A DNA stretch of 64,000 nucleotides, taken from the NCBI RefSeq assembly GCF_001194135.2, contig NC_068998.1, positions 15,403,234 to 15,467,233 on the forward strand, given 5' to 3'. Below are positions 26,465-36,359 of this stretch, in pieces. Under the pieces are notes generated by a model. It ran no database searches. It saw nothing but the letters and a program-made list of their open reading frames with translations, and was not told where the DNA came from. The translations under genes were made by a program, and so were the position numbers. Source of the stretch: Octopus bimaculoides. Taxonomy: Eukaryota. Numbering within the stretch: position 1 is the stretch's first letter; each line of letters opens with the position of its first letter.

Positions 26465-29400
26465 AAATCCTTACCCTGAAGGTATAATTTCTGAAGGAAC
26501 ATTAATAGATTCATTATATTTTAGCCTAGATTTTTGATAATCTTCTGCAGAACGTACATCCATAATAATAATTTTGGTTGAATTATCCTGCAGTAAGGCA
26601 TACAGCTCCATAACAAAAATCCGTTCATCAGAATAACGAGGAGTCACTTCTGAAATGAAAATTGAATGAAAATTTAATAGTACGTACCAGTTTGAACATA
26701 AAGGCGGTAGGATATTTGGGCCAGATATGGCTAGTTTAACTACTAAAGGATTAATAAGCCATCAGTAGCGACAGCACCACTCATATCCGAGTTTGGTTCA
26801 TTTGATGCTACCATGATGCTTAGACCTGACATGGCTCACAAGGCCATGTCAGGAATGGAACAGTCTTGGGCATTGATTGCATGGCAGGGCAGGTGGTGGG
26901 TTTGGCTGGCGTTGCCAGGCTTTGTGTTTCTTTCTTTTGCTTCTTTAGTCTTTCTCCTATCCTCAAAAGTGGAACAGTCGAAATGAATTGTTCTTTGCCA
27001 GGCTGAATGCTTGGCTTCTGTTTCCTAGGTGTTAGAACCGATGCAGCAACAACAAAGTCCTCAATCGCTCAAAAATGCCAAGCATTGAAGCTGCCATCTT
27101 CAGGTGGTCAGGACGTCATCTGAATGACCCCTTCAAGACTCCTGCATCCTCTACAGCAAACAACATCAGGGAGCCCCAAAATGCAGATTAATATGCCATA
27201 GGTCTGCTCAAACAAGATTAACCTGAAGGAAATAACTTTGCCCTTTCTGTCCCTACAACCACAACTAGAACTGCCAAACATACCAAAACAAGATGGATAG
27301 CAAATTTGATAGAACAGAATTCAAATTTCCACAGTTCAGTCAATGCAACCAAACATATGACATCCACCCAAGAAAGGAAAATAAAGATAAAAATTGGCTT
27401 TTCCAAGAGTTGAAGCAAGAAGCATGGTGCAATGAATTAATTAACAGAAAGTAATCAAATTCAGCATATTACATTACTGTTGTTTCACTGTTTAGTGCAG
27501 CAATTAAAATTGATCGCCATTTACCACTTTTATCTGGCAGGTTTTTCACTTCTTCAACATCATCATTACATTTTCCAGGATCTAATTTTTCTTTCAGTTG
27601 TTCATCTTCTCCTTCTTTCTTCAAAGTATCTAACTTCTCAGAATATGCCTGCGCCTTCAAGAAGTCATACCTGTAAGATACAAAAGTCATAAGTTTAGTT
27701 ATACTTAAACAGTGAAAAATCTACTTTTGAAAGATTTCATGTTACTGAATGTAAATTCTTTTTTAAACTTTATTCATTATTCAGCAATGTAGCATTTCTT
27801 CAATTCATTGCATCTCTTCAAGAGTACCCCCCCTCTCTCTCTCTCACTCATAATTCATCATCACATAAGCAGCCAAAGCCAAAGATCATTTTACATACTG
27901 CTACTGACCAAACTTAGAATGATGAGAATTTCTTTCTGCTCTGCATTAAAGCACTTTATGGACCCTAACATGTCTTGTTGATAGTCTGCCTAACATCAGC
28001 CACCACTAAACGACCCTTTACTTTACAGAAACTCTGCCCCTTTCTCTCTCTCTCTCTGTCTTTATCCTTATTTTCTTCAACTCTTTCCAAACACTGTCCT
28101 AATATAATCTTCCTTTTACTTTATTTTATACTTTCTTCACTAGCCTGCTGGGGGGGGGGGGGGCACCCCAAGCGGCACTTTTAAAGGGGCAATATGTGTT
28201 TTTTGTGGGGTCTGGAGGTGGAAAACAGAAGGGTCATCCCGGGTGGCACATACTCTAGCTACGCTAATGACTTCCTTCTCACTTAAATATTTTGATTACA
28301 TCAACACCAACAACTGACTGGTATTTATTTTATTGAATCTGAAACGATGAAAGCCAAAGTCAACCTTAGTGGAGTTTACACTGAGTATAAATAGCTGCTG
28401 AGCATTTTGTCCAGTATCTTACATTATAGATATGTTCAACTTTGACCTGATTTCATCAAGCTTAAAGCAATTCAATTTGTCAAGATATGGGTCAACTCTG
28501 GTAAGGATATGATTGTTAGAATTTAATACTATACTCTACCAGTACATACCTCATCAAATTTAGTTGGATGTGATACCTAAACACTAAGAGGTATTGAAAT
28601 ACAGCAAGGCATCCTATTCAACAGTGTACTTTCTTGGCATTATTACAAAAAAAAAAAAACTAGATTACTAATAAATCTACACCAGCACGATAAACAGAAT
28701 TGCTAGCCTGTTCATACATAATCAGAGGTATCCAACATCAAATGATTATTCAATACTGACTTCAAACAAAGGACATTATTGACAAATGTGAAATGAAATG
28801 GCTCCAACAGGAAAATGAAATCAGTTTACTGAAACATGATTATATGGATCTCACAGAAAAGAAAACAAGATTATCGATCATATCATGCTGACACAGGCTT
28901 GGGCTGCAAAGTAAAGAGTTTGCTTCCCAACAACATGGTCTGGATTTAATTCCATTGTATAGTAACATTGGGCAAGTGTCACCGACACAGGTGCCTTTCA
29001 CGTGTTACCAGCAAATGGTTTCTGATATAGGTATATGGCCAGGAATTTTTGAGGGGCGGAGGTTAGTCAGTTAGATCAACCCAGTACTTGACTGGTTCTT
29101 TATTTTGTTGACTCTGAAAGGTATTTTCTTTGATGCTTTAATCATTCTGCCAGCTCATCATCACCATAATAATAATAATGATTTCTTTTATTGGCCAAAA
29201 GGGCCCAAGACATGGGGGACAGATTCAGAGGACAAGATACAACTGGCTCTCAAGGCTTCTGATCTTAACTGATTGGAAGTGTTATCATGTACATGCTTTG
29301 TCTTAATATAAAAAAGATGGGTTACAGCAAATATTCTGCACAATACTACAGATTTGCTTGTCAGTTGTTTGACCTTAACCATTTGAGCATGTTTCTTGGT

Positions 29401-32155
29401 GGCTGACAATATGTGCATCTCCGATCACAAGAAGTAGTGGGGGAGCACCATAGCTGTATTTTGAGAGGAATCCTTAGGGGGTTGAATAGTTCACCTCTGG
29501 AAACATGGGTGTTTCATTCAACATCTTTAAACAACCCTTATCCATGGACCTTTTGAGTGGGAAGGACTACTCGATCTGAAAAAAATTCTAACTGGGCACC
29601 CACTGCAAAGTCATGTATTGTTTATCTTGATATGAGATCACCATGTCACACACATATGGTTGTGATGCATGTGTCTGGTGTACCCTTATCAGAAGGGTAG
29701 TCATGATGGGTATACTGAGCTTCATATAGTTTACCCCAGTGTCACTTCGATGGCATGCACTGCTCTTTCACTCAATTAAGGTAATAATATTTCGACATAC
29801 ATATACATACATATATATATATACATACACACATATAACAAGTTTCTTTCAGTTTCCATCTGCCAAATCTACTCACATGACCTTAGTCAGCTGGAGCAGT
29901 TGTAGAAGACATATGTCCAAGGTACCATACAGTGGGACTGAATCTGAAACCACACAGAACCCTCCTTTGATAGAGTGGCTGAGTAATGACCCATATGATT
30001 TGAGTAGCTGACATCAATGGTGAAGATTTTCCAGAAAAGTTTTGCTACTACTCTATCATTTTGGAGTTCTTTGTAGTTTGGTCTCATCCTGCTTAATCAA
30101 CACTTTGGATCATACTCAAGCACTTTATAAAATTGTTCTATCATGTAATTTCTCTTTGGAGCAGATCTCAAATAACAAGAAGTCAGTTTTAATTTACAGA
30201 GGCATGATAAATAAAAATGCAAATATCTTATATAAACCAACTTTGTTGTCTAACCCCAGAACAAGGCAAATATTCCAAAATGTTTAATAAAAGTCCTTGT
30301 TTGAAATAATATCTAAAAACGAAAATTAATTCCTTCAGTTACACTTTAAAAATATTGAGGATTCTCAGAGCACATCTAAATGGAATCAGCAGTTTTTGGC
30401 ACATCTAAACGATATCAATAGCAAAACAACAACAATAACCATACTCACCTATAATTCAAACTTTTCTGTAAGCATTCTGCTTGTTTTATAGCTTTTTTCA
30501 AGTTCTTAGATCCAATCATGTTATTGTAATATGACTGATATAATTAAAAAAAAAGAAGAAAACCATATTTTACAACCAATAAGATAAATTCTATTATTAA
30601 TCCAAATATAAAACATGTCAGTTTGGTTTAAACAACAGAATATTAATTGATAAATATCAATGAAATATTAATTGATAAAATATCTTATTTTGCTCATATA
30701 TTCAGTGTTAACAGTTTAATTAGCAATTTACTTTATTGCATAATAATCTTCCACTCGACTATACAGAAGCAATAGCTGAGCTGTCTGGGGTTAAGATATA
30801 AGCCTGGAGATCATAAGGCCAAGATTTGAAATCCTTCTGCAACCTGTGTGTTGTGTAATCATATGCAAACAGTATTATTCAGCTTCATTGATTCAACCCA
30901 GCTAAAAACAGATACTATTTACACATCACATGCAATAGTGTAATGATAGCATATCTGTTGATTCAACAGAAGCCGTGGGGTTTATTACCATAAGCAGACC
31001 CAAGTATTTTTTTAGGTGCAGGTGTGATTGTGTGGACAGAAATTTGCTTCTCAATCATATGATTCTAGGTTCAGTCCCATGACATGAAAATTTGGACAAG
31101 TGTCTTCTACTATAGTCGCAGGCCAGCCCAAGTCTTGTGAGTGGATTTGGAAGACAGAAACTGAAAGAAGCCCTGAAAGAAGGCGACGAGCTGGCAGAAA
31201 CGTTAGCACGCCGTGCAAAATGCTTTGCAGTATTTTGTCTGTCTTTACATTCTGAGTTCAAATTCCACCCTTTCGGGGTCGATTGAATAAGTACCAGTTA
31301 CGTACTGGGGTCGATATAATCGACTTAATCCATTTATTTGTCGTTGTTTGTCCCCTCTGTGTGTAGCCCCTTGTGGGCAGTAAAGAAATAAGAAACTGAA
31401 AGAAGCCCGTCGTGTGTGTGTGCATGCATGTGTATGTATGTGTTTCCCACCATTGCTTGACAACCAGTGTTAGTTTGTTTATGCCCTCGTAACTTAGCAG
31501 TCTGGCCTAAAAGCCTTTAGAATAAGCACCAGGCTTAAAAAAAAATTGGAGTCAATTCATTTGATTAAAACATTTCAAGACAATGCCCCAGCATGGCTGC
31601 AGTCCAATGACTGAAACAAGCAAAAGAGTAATGTGTATATCTTTTGCTAATATACATCACTGAAAAATATGCAGGTATACACATTTACACACACACAAGC
31701 ACACATACTTCTGCAGTTTTCCCCTCTACCAAATTCTACTCAAAGTATTGGGCAACTGAAGCTGATTGCAGAAAACACTTGCTCAAGGTGACATGCAATG
31801 GGATTTAACCTGGAGCCATGTGCTTCTAAACCATACAGCCATGGCTGTGCCCTTTTGATCTTCATTACAACAATCATAACCCAGGGCTATAATAAAAATC
31901 AATCCAGGAAAAGATACTAACCTCATCTTTTTTATAGTCTGCTGTTCTCTTAATTGATGTTATCAAGTTAAAGAAACGCATATACATCACATAAGCTTTC
32001 TCTTCATCACCGGTGTTTTCACAGAGTTCAGCTTCCTTCAAAAGTCTTCCTGCTGATTTTACAGCTCTGAAAAGTAGTAAATAAGAAAAATATATAAATT
32101 TCTTACACGGTGGTGCATCAGCATGGCCGCAGCTCTGAGCTGAAACTTTGAAAAG

Positions 32156-32198
<43 letters not shown>

Positions 32199-33909
32199 AA
32201 AAAAAAAGAAAAGAAATGCTTGAAATCTGTTGTTATTTTAGAGAACAACATTGTGACATTACCATCTATCTCAATGAAATAAGCATTGCAGATGAAACAC
32301 AAGCACTCAGAGAGTGCAAACCTCCACAAAGGCAACACCAACATCCTCTTAACGATTACCCAGAGATGATTTTTAAAGTGAAAATATCTGAAATAAACTC
32401 GACTGCTCTCACAAACAAGAATACTAAAAATGAATCCGACCGCTCTCAAAAATTAAGAGAAAAAAAACAGGAAAAATAATCCAGAATCCTTGTCCAATAC
32501 CGGATTGATCCCAAAATCTAATCCGTTCGTGCCTGTCACATGGCCAAACTTCCCTGAAAGTTTCATCTACGGGCAACAAACAAACATGCCTGAAAACAAT
32601 ACCTCTGCCTTCGCTAAGGCGGAGGTAATAATAATCGAGTCAGAAGAATGAACTGAAACTAAATCCTACATTTGATTCAGTAAGAATTACTACTGTATCT
32701 CAGTGCCCACCATAAAAAAATATATATATATTGGTATTAAAAAAAAAAAGCCTTAAGTAGATGAATATCAACCTCAGAAGCTTCTATCACAGGAGTTCAA
32801 TTCCCAGTGTCATGTTGTGTCCTTGAGCAAAGTACTTTATTTCACATTGCTCCAGTTCACTCAGCTAGCAAAAATACTTGTATTTCAAAGGGCTTACCTT
32901 AACACATTCTGTGTCATAATGAATCTCCCTGAGAACTACATTAGGAGTATGCATGTCTGTGGAGTGCTCAGCCACTTGCACATTAATTTCATGAACAGAC
33001 TGTTCTGTGGCCCTATGTTCCCTGAGGAATCAAGCAGCAGCAGGAGACTGTTCCATTAACCCATTACCTACCAGTGATCTCATATGAGATCACTTAAAAA
33101 TTACAAATTTCATAATTATCTGTCAATATTTACACACACCTAACCTTTTTGCTATATCTACTAGGTGTAATTCTCTGATATTCAAATGAGGTTTGCTAAT
33201 TTTTCACCCAATATCTCGCTTATTTCTATTTAAAATGTTATTTTGAAATGTTATTTCGATCATTCCAGCGTGTTTCTAAGGCTGTTTTATGCTAGAAATC
33301 AAAGTTTCATTAAAAAATTTCATTTAATAGAATTATGGGAGGTAATGGGTTAACCAGATCAACTAGAACCATCATTGTCATAAATGACAGAGTGCCAGTG
33401 GAAAAATTAAAAGGTTAGTCAGGAAGATTTAGAAAGAAATAGTTGTGACAGATAATTGTTGAGAATCAATGAATATCTCCAGTTTCTTAACATTATACAG
33501 ATAAGACAAAAAGTTATTTCGTTGTAGGTAGCACTCCTTTATGATATGGTTCTTATCTTTCATGAACAGATGAAATGTGTCATGTTGAATAATTTAATTA
33601 CTGCCTAAATACATAATGATATACTTTCAGTGGTACTAAACCAAAGATTTACGAGCAAGGAGTCATACAGTATCATATCCAGTCAGTCATTTTGCTCTTA
33701 CAGAAAAAACAAACTGAAAGCAGGTATATTGTTCTGTATATAGTTCACAGTGAATGAGAATAAATAATTAATAGAGGAAGGCCATCATGAAAATAAGATA
33801 TTACTTACAATACTGCACTAGATTGTAGTGGTTGAAGTTCAGTCAACTTGTTCAGGTCACCAATGTTTTTAGCAAGATAAAGATCTTTACTTGGTTTAAC
33901 TCCAGGCAT
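176..33909 (-). CDS. USP8: Ubiquitin carboxyl-terminal hydrolase 8 (USP8/UBPY): spliced CDS span, 16 coding exons, 3' end outside window
   Basis: The exons below join in frame (2646 nt = 882 codons) with GT..AG boundaries. Domain order is MIT, rhodanese, WW, RSHSSP, USP Cys box ([18 protein letters not shown]), QHDSQEFL. This matches metazoan USP8 as I know it. Confidence 0.97.
418..694 (-). mobile_element. tRNA-derived SINE family B with internal 30-nt tandem duplication
   Basis: aaggcgg.gagctggcaga...gagttcaaattcc head, gtcgactttgcctttcatcctttcggggtcgataaa core. Other copies: 18600-18780, 20402-20520, 31174-31390, 36730-37715 cluster, 48855-49065. Confidence 0.88.
1585..1690 (-). CDS. USP8: USP8 exon 15 ([35 protein letters not shown])
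   Basis: 106 nt, strong polypyrimidine acceptor, donor gtaatg. [13 protein letters not shown] motif. Confidence 0.96.
2420..2610 (+). mobile_element. Helitron/DINE-like non-autonomous fragment (tentative)
   Basis: tcttatacatatataaaag followed by (tgtt)n/(tgtc) and gaatttttgtgaaactttg resembles rolling-circle element ends. Confidence 0.4.
2637..2824. repeat. Perfect 45-bp inverted repeat with 98-nt spacer (fold-back element)
   Basis: 2637-2681 is the exact reverse complement of 2780-2824. Confidence 0.9.
2697..2732 (+). ncRNA. Degenerate minimal type-I hammerhead-ribozyme-like motif
   Basis: gat-CTGAAGA-aa[gaatt ct aattc]c-GAAA-ta-TC-atc: core boxes, stem II, palindromic stem III (atat) and a 3-bp stem I. 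Confidence 0.4.
5351..5481 (-). CDS. USP8: USP8 exon 14, USP Cys box ([23 protein letters not shown]); catalytic Cys codon 5442-5440
   Basis: 131 nt, canonical [13 protein letters not shown]..QCL, acceptor ttttttcag, donor gtcagc. Confidence 0.97.
6519..6606 (-). CDS. USP8: USP8 exon 13 ([29 protein letters not shown])
   Basis: 88 nt. RNLNPVFG precedes the Cys box in USP8. Donor gtaagt. Confidence 0.92.
6817..6973 (-). CDS. USP8: USP8 exon 12, 14-3-3 site ([16 protein letters not shown]...PIVDRSTKP)
   Basis: 157 nt, acceptor gtaattgcag, donor gtaagg. RSHSSP corresponds to human RSYSSP. Confidence 0.95.
8122..8283 (-). CDS. USP8: USP8 exon 11, WW domain ([31 protein letters not shown])
   Basis: 162 nt, acceptor ctatttgtgcag, donor gtcagt. 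W...YY.H....QW.P WW signature. Confidence 0.93.
8481..8696 (+). mobile_element. mariner-derived MITE (216 bp)
   Basis: About 30-bp TIRs (tgagggggtgctgaaaagttc.tggc), TA on both sides (8479-80, 8697-98), and internal [20 protein letters not shown] resembling a mariner transposase C-terminus. Confidence 0.85.
9945..10165. mobile_element. piggyBac-like MITE
   Basis: TTAA flanks (9941-44, 10166-69) and CCCTTTAGCATT...AATGCTAAAGGG TIRs. Partial copies at about 1928-2115, 26680-26760, 45930-46130 and 62280-62390. Confidence 0.8.
10737..11157 (+). mobile_element. tRNA-derived SINE family A, full-length copy
   Basis: gtggctgtgtgg (A box) ... gggttcagtccc (B box) head, ggcaccttgggcaagtgtc core, taaaagag tail. 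Other copies: 14322-14733(+), 31015-31630(+), 35160-35560(-), 51663-52060(+), 56355-56700(+), 59165-59520(+), 60575-60960(-) and fragments. Confidence 0.9.
11182..11476 (-). CDS. USP8: USP8 exon 10, linker ([20 protein letters not shown]...AEEKVKRMK)
   Basis: 295-nt open reading segment, acceptor ttttacattacaag, donor gtaaga. Phase 0 in, phase 1 out. Confidence 0.8.
11780..12230 (+). mobile_element. Old RTE fragment (plus strand)
   Basis: Degenerate homolog of the RTE thumb region (...gactacactggtgtgaacatgtgatgcac... = RL.W.GHV). Confidence 0.7.
12330..12625 (-). mobile_element. RTE fragment (minus strand)
   Basis: [21 protein letters not shown]...[15 protein letters not shown]. Another fragment of the same region lies at 1-110. 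Confidence 0.85.
12629..12790. repeat. (TA)n microsatellite (one of many TA, CA, ATT, CAT and CT tracts)
   Basis: Read directly. Confidence 0.95.
15149..15245 (-). CDS. USP8: USP8 exon 9, linker ([32 protein letters not shown])
   Basis: 97 nt, acceptor tttacttctag, donor gtaatt. Phase 2 in, phase 0 out links exons 8 and 10. No sequence homology recognised. Confidence 0.75.
17282..17825 (-). CDS. USP8: USP8 exon 8, long low-complexity linker (LDFDYPELD...[10 protein letters not shown]...PVEQD)
   Basis: 544-nt open exon. The LDFxYP and PxINRxxKP motifs are seen in USP8. Acceptor tttctag, donor gtaagt. Confidence 0.93.
19701..19860 (+). mobile_element. mariner transposase DDD-domain fragment (degenerate)
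   Basis: Translates [13 protein letters not shown]..., matching the mariner W/DAKGxxFIDYLxKG region. Abuts an assembly gap. Confidence 0.65.
21340..22110 (-). mobile_element. Old RTE LINE internal fragment (pre-RT/RT start)
   Basis: Minus strand reads [25 protein letters not shown], matching the KGDAL..NYRGI.L motif at the start of the RT domain. Confidence 0.7.
23489..23633 (-). CDS. USP8: USP8 exon 7, rhodanese end ([26 protein letters not shown])
   Basis: 145 nt, LEGGY..W..YP motif, acceptor aattcag, donor gtaagt. Confidence 0.95.
23963..24370 (+). mobile_element. Tc1-family transposon 5' fragment (TIR + N-terminal HTH)
   Basis: ta|caggagttggacaaaac end, then ORF 24152-24343 [43 protein letters not shown], a typical Tc1 HTH; truncated. 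Confidence 0.85.
24580..24742 (-). CDS. USP8: USP8 exon 6, rhodanese ([26 protein letters not shown]...[10 protein letters not shown])
   Basis: 163 nt, acceptor ttttttag, donor gtaggt. Confidence 0.95.
25993..26136. mobile_element. hAT-like MITE remnant
   Basis: caggcatgggcaac ... gttggccattatg are imperfect TIRs of hAT-Charlie type. Confidence 0.45.
26475..26649 (-). CDS. USP8: USP8 exon 5, rhodanese domain start ([27 protein letters not shown])
   Basis: 175 nt, acceptor tcatttcag, donor gtaagg. IIMDVR is the rhodanese motif. Confidence 0.95.
26760..27235. mobile_element. RTE-BovB-like LINE fragment with inverted 5' segment
   Basis: Minus strand 27035-26760: [24 protein letters not shown], then [21 protein letters not shown] (C2H2). 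Plus strand 27045-27235: [25 protein letters not shown]. Confidence 0.75.
27525..27670 (-). CDS. USP8: USP8 exon 4, charged linker ([14 protein letters not shown]...NLPDKS)
   Basis: 146 nt, acceptor tcttacag, donor gtaaat. Phase 2 in, phase 1 out. Confidence 0.88.
29180..29790. repeat. Unclassified interspersed repeat
   Basis: Segments recur at 58220-58390 (inverse) and 16280-16340. Flanked by (TAA)n. Class not determinable. Confidence 0.55.
30449..30534 (-). CDS. USP8: USP8 exon 3, end of MIT domain ([29 protein letters not shown])
   Basis: 86 nt, acceptor tatatcag, donor gtgagt. Phases fit both neighbours. Confidence 0.93.
31174..31390 (+). mobile_element. SINE family B nested in SINE family A with 18-bp TSD
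   Basis: agaaactgaaagaagccc at 31156-31173 and 31391-31408. Confidence 0.9.
31922..32066 (-). CDS. USP8: USP8 exon 2, MIT domain (AVKSAGRLL...[16 protein letters not shown]...DYKKDE)
   Basis: 145 nt, acceptor ctacttttcag, donor gttagt. The [10 protein letters not shown] motif is typical of the USP8 MIT domain. Confidence 0.96.
32200..32630 (+). mobile_element. Helentron/HINE-like non-autonomous repeat, copy 1 (tentative class)
   Basis: Ends in an 11-bp hairpin acctctgcctt-cgct-aaggcggaggt (32601-32626). A homologous copy lies at 36353-36700 on the opposite strand. Confidence 0.55.
33809..33909 (-). CDS. USP8: USP8 coding exon 1 ([33 protein letters not shown])
   Basis: ATG at 33909-33907. 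Resembles the human N-terminus MPAVASVPKELYLSSSLKDLNKKTE. Donor GTAAGT, phase 2. Confidence 0.92.
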
Positions 33910-34029
33910 CTTGAATGAGTTGCAGAAATAGCCTGTTTTTTTTTTAAAAATATGTAATTATATATATATTTAAAACAATATACATAAAATAATCTTTTAG
34001 ATAAAAATAGACAAATTTTTAAATAATAT

Positions 34030-34340
34030 TAATTGGCCTTCGTAGGATTTTCGAGCGAGATCGTTGCCAGTGCCCCTGAACTGGCTCTTGTGCGGGTGGC
34101 ACATAAAATACACCATTTTGAGCATGGCCGTTGCCAGTACCGCTTGACTGGGCCTCATGCCGATGGCACGTAAAAGCACCCACTACACTCTCAGAGTGGT
34201 TGGTGTTAGGAAGGGCATCCAGCAGTAGAAACTCTGCCAAATCAGATTGGAGCCTGGTGTAGCCATCCGGTTTCACCAGTCCTCAGTCAAATCGTCCAAC
34301 CCATGCTAGCATGGAAAGCGGACGTTAAACGATGATGACG
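34030..34340 (+). mobile_element. RTE 3'-end copy with (GAT)n tail
   Basis: Near-identical to the reverse complements of the 46164 and 49588 copies. Same family at about 4282-4620, 10341-10500, 14797-15060, 15710-15980, 18316-18476 and 44338-44420. Confidence 0.88.
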
Positions 34341-35159
34341 ATGATTTGTTTAACATTCTCATTGAAAATAAAACACACACACACACACGCACATATCCAC
34401 AAACACACACACACACACGCACGCACATATCCACAAACACACAGGGAATGTATCCATCAAATTACTAGACAGTATTATTTATATACATTGTTCAAAGTTA
34501 AATCAGTGAATGAAAAACAAACAAATCTCTATTTTGGCCTAACCTCATCAGTCACAGTGAAGCCATATTAGGTTGTAATAAACTGTCACAGCAGCTCTGC
34601 TACTACTGCTGCTGTTGTTGTTGTTGTTGATATTTGTATGTCAAAAAATGTGGGGTTGAGTGGTAATATAAAACTGCTACTTTGGCTACTGTCATTTCTA
34701 ATCTCTGAAACAAATGCTTTATTATTATTATTGTTATTGTTACTGATTAGCTCCAGGTTAACCCCAATTGATCCAAGATCAAAGGCATTCAAACTGTGAT
34801 TATCTCATCTTTATTCCAGGTATAATACGTCCAAGACTACATTATTCTGGATGCACATCTCCTTTTTAAGATGCTAGCTGCATAATTTAAGGGATATTTG
34901 GCTACTATTTCTAGTAGCTTGGGAGACCATGTAGAAGCTATCTTTTTTAGCTCATATTATTGTTCCAAGAGCAAATCCTGTCACGGTCAAGGAGGTCAAT
35001 GTGCAAAATTTTTAGAGAGCCAGACAAATGCCTTGTAGCATTTGTTCCAGTTCTTTACATCCTGAGTTTAAAACCCAATTTGCTTTGCATTCTTCTGGGA
35101 TCAATAAAATAAAGCACTAGGGTCAATTTAATCAAATTTCTGGCTTTGTGCTTATATTA

Positions 35160-35354
35160 CTCTTTTACTCTTTTACTTGTTTAAGTCTTATGACTGTGGC
35201 CATGCTGAAGCACTGCCTTTAGTCAAGCAAATCGACCCCAGGACTTATTCTTTGGAAGCCTAGTACTTATTTTATCCGTCTCTTTTGCCGAACCGATAAG
35301 TTACAGGGACGTAAACACACCAGCATCTGTTGTCAAGCGATGTTAGGGGGACAA

Positions 35355-35385
<31 letters not shown>

Positions 35386-35560
35386 TGTATACATATATAC
35401 AACGGGCTTCTTTCAGTTTCCGTCTACCAAATCCACTCACAAAGCTTTGGTCGGCCCAAGGCTATAGTAGAAGACACTTGCCCAAGATGCCACGCAGTGG
35501 GACTGAATCCGGAACCATGTGGTTGGTAAGCAAGCTACTTACCACACAGCCACTCCTACA
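35160..35560 (-). mobile_element. SINE family A copy
   Basis: Reverse complement of the 10737 and 51663 copies. Confidence 0.9.
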
Positions 35561-35604
35561 CCTTAGAATTAGAATATTAGAAATTATTATTATCATTATT
35601 ATCA

Positions 35605-36359
35605 TCACGTGTCTGAGATTGATAGTATATCAGTATCTTTTGATCAGGAGGGGGTCATAACTAATAACCATAGGCCCTGTTAACTTTCTCATTCCAGTTA
35701 CATTGATATGACTCTCCTCAAAATCCTGGCTGTTCCAAGTAGGGCTGTTTCCTGGAGTATCTCAGTCTTGACAGTGAGTTCAAGTCTGCTAAACCACTTC
35801 TGAAATTGGTTTGTCACGGTTCCAAGTGCCCCTATCACAACAGGTATAACCTCCACTTTTCCTCAGTTCCCACAAATGTGCTTTCTCATGCCTCAAATCT
35901 TGGTATCTATTCACTTTGTCTTTCTCTTTCTCTACCACATGGATATCTCCTGGGATAGCGATGTCAATAATCCAGTAATGTCTTTCTTCTCTCTCAACCA
36001 GGATAAAATCAGGTCTTTTTGCCTCAATCACATTATCACATTGTACATTGAAATCCCATAGCAATTTCACCATACCATTTTCCATTACAGCAAGTGGCTG
36101 GTGTTCATACCACTTGTTAGCTTGCACCAACTATTTCCCACATAAAGCCAATGTACAATGCAAGCAACATTGTCATGCTGTCTCTTGTACTCATGCTGTG
36201 CCAAAGAGCTACATTCACATACAATGTGGCTTGTGGTTTCTCTAAACTTCCCATACATTCTGCACAATGGTGATTCAATTGCTTTGTCAATGTGGAATGG
36301 TTAGTTCTTAAGGCTTGCTCTTGAGTAGCACAAATAAGAGTTTCCATCCATTCTTTCAG
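35605..36359 (-). mobile_element. R4/Dong-clade (RLE) non-LTR retrotransposon 3' fragment
   Basis: Frameshifted peptides: ETLICATQEQALRT; CRM..KFRETTSHIVCEC..LAQHEYKRQHDNVACIVHW (CCHC knuckle); KWYEHQP..V.EN..VKLLWDF...KRPDFILV...IIDIAIPGD..VVEKEKDKVNRYQDL (PD-(D/E)xK endonuclease). Confidence 0.88.

Noticed and set aside
26825-26853. Perfect 11-bp hairpin cctgacatggc/gccatgtcagg
   Set aside because: It lies inside the decayed RTE zinc-finger coding sequence, with no independent sign of function.
31874-32449. 191-aa minus-strand ORF with a poly-Phe run
   Set aside because: A repeat and poly(T) tract fused in frame to USP8 exon 2; only 31922-32066 is coding.
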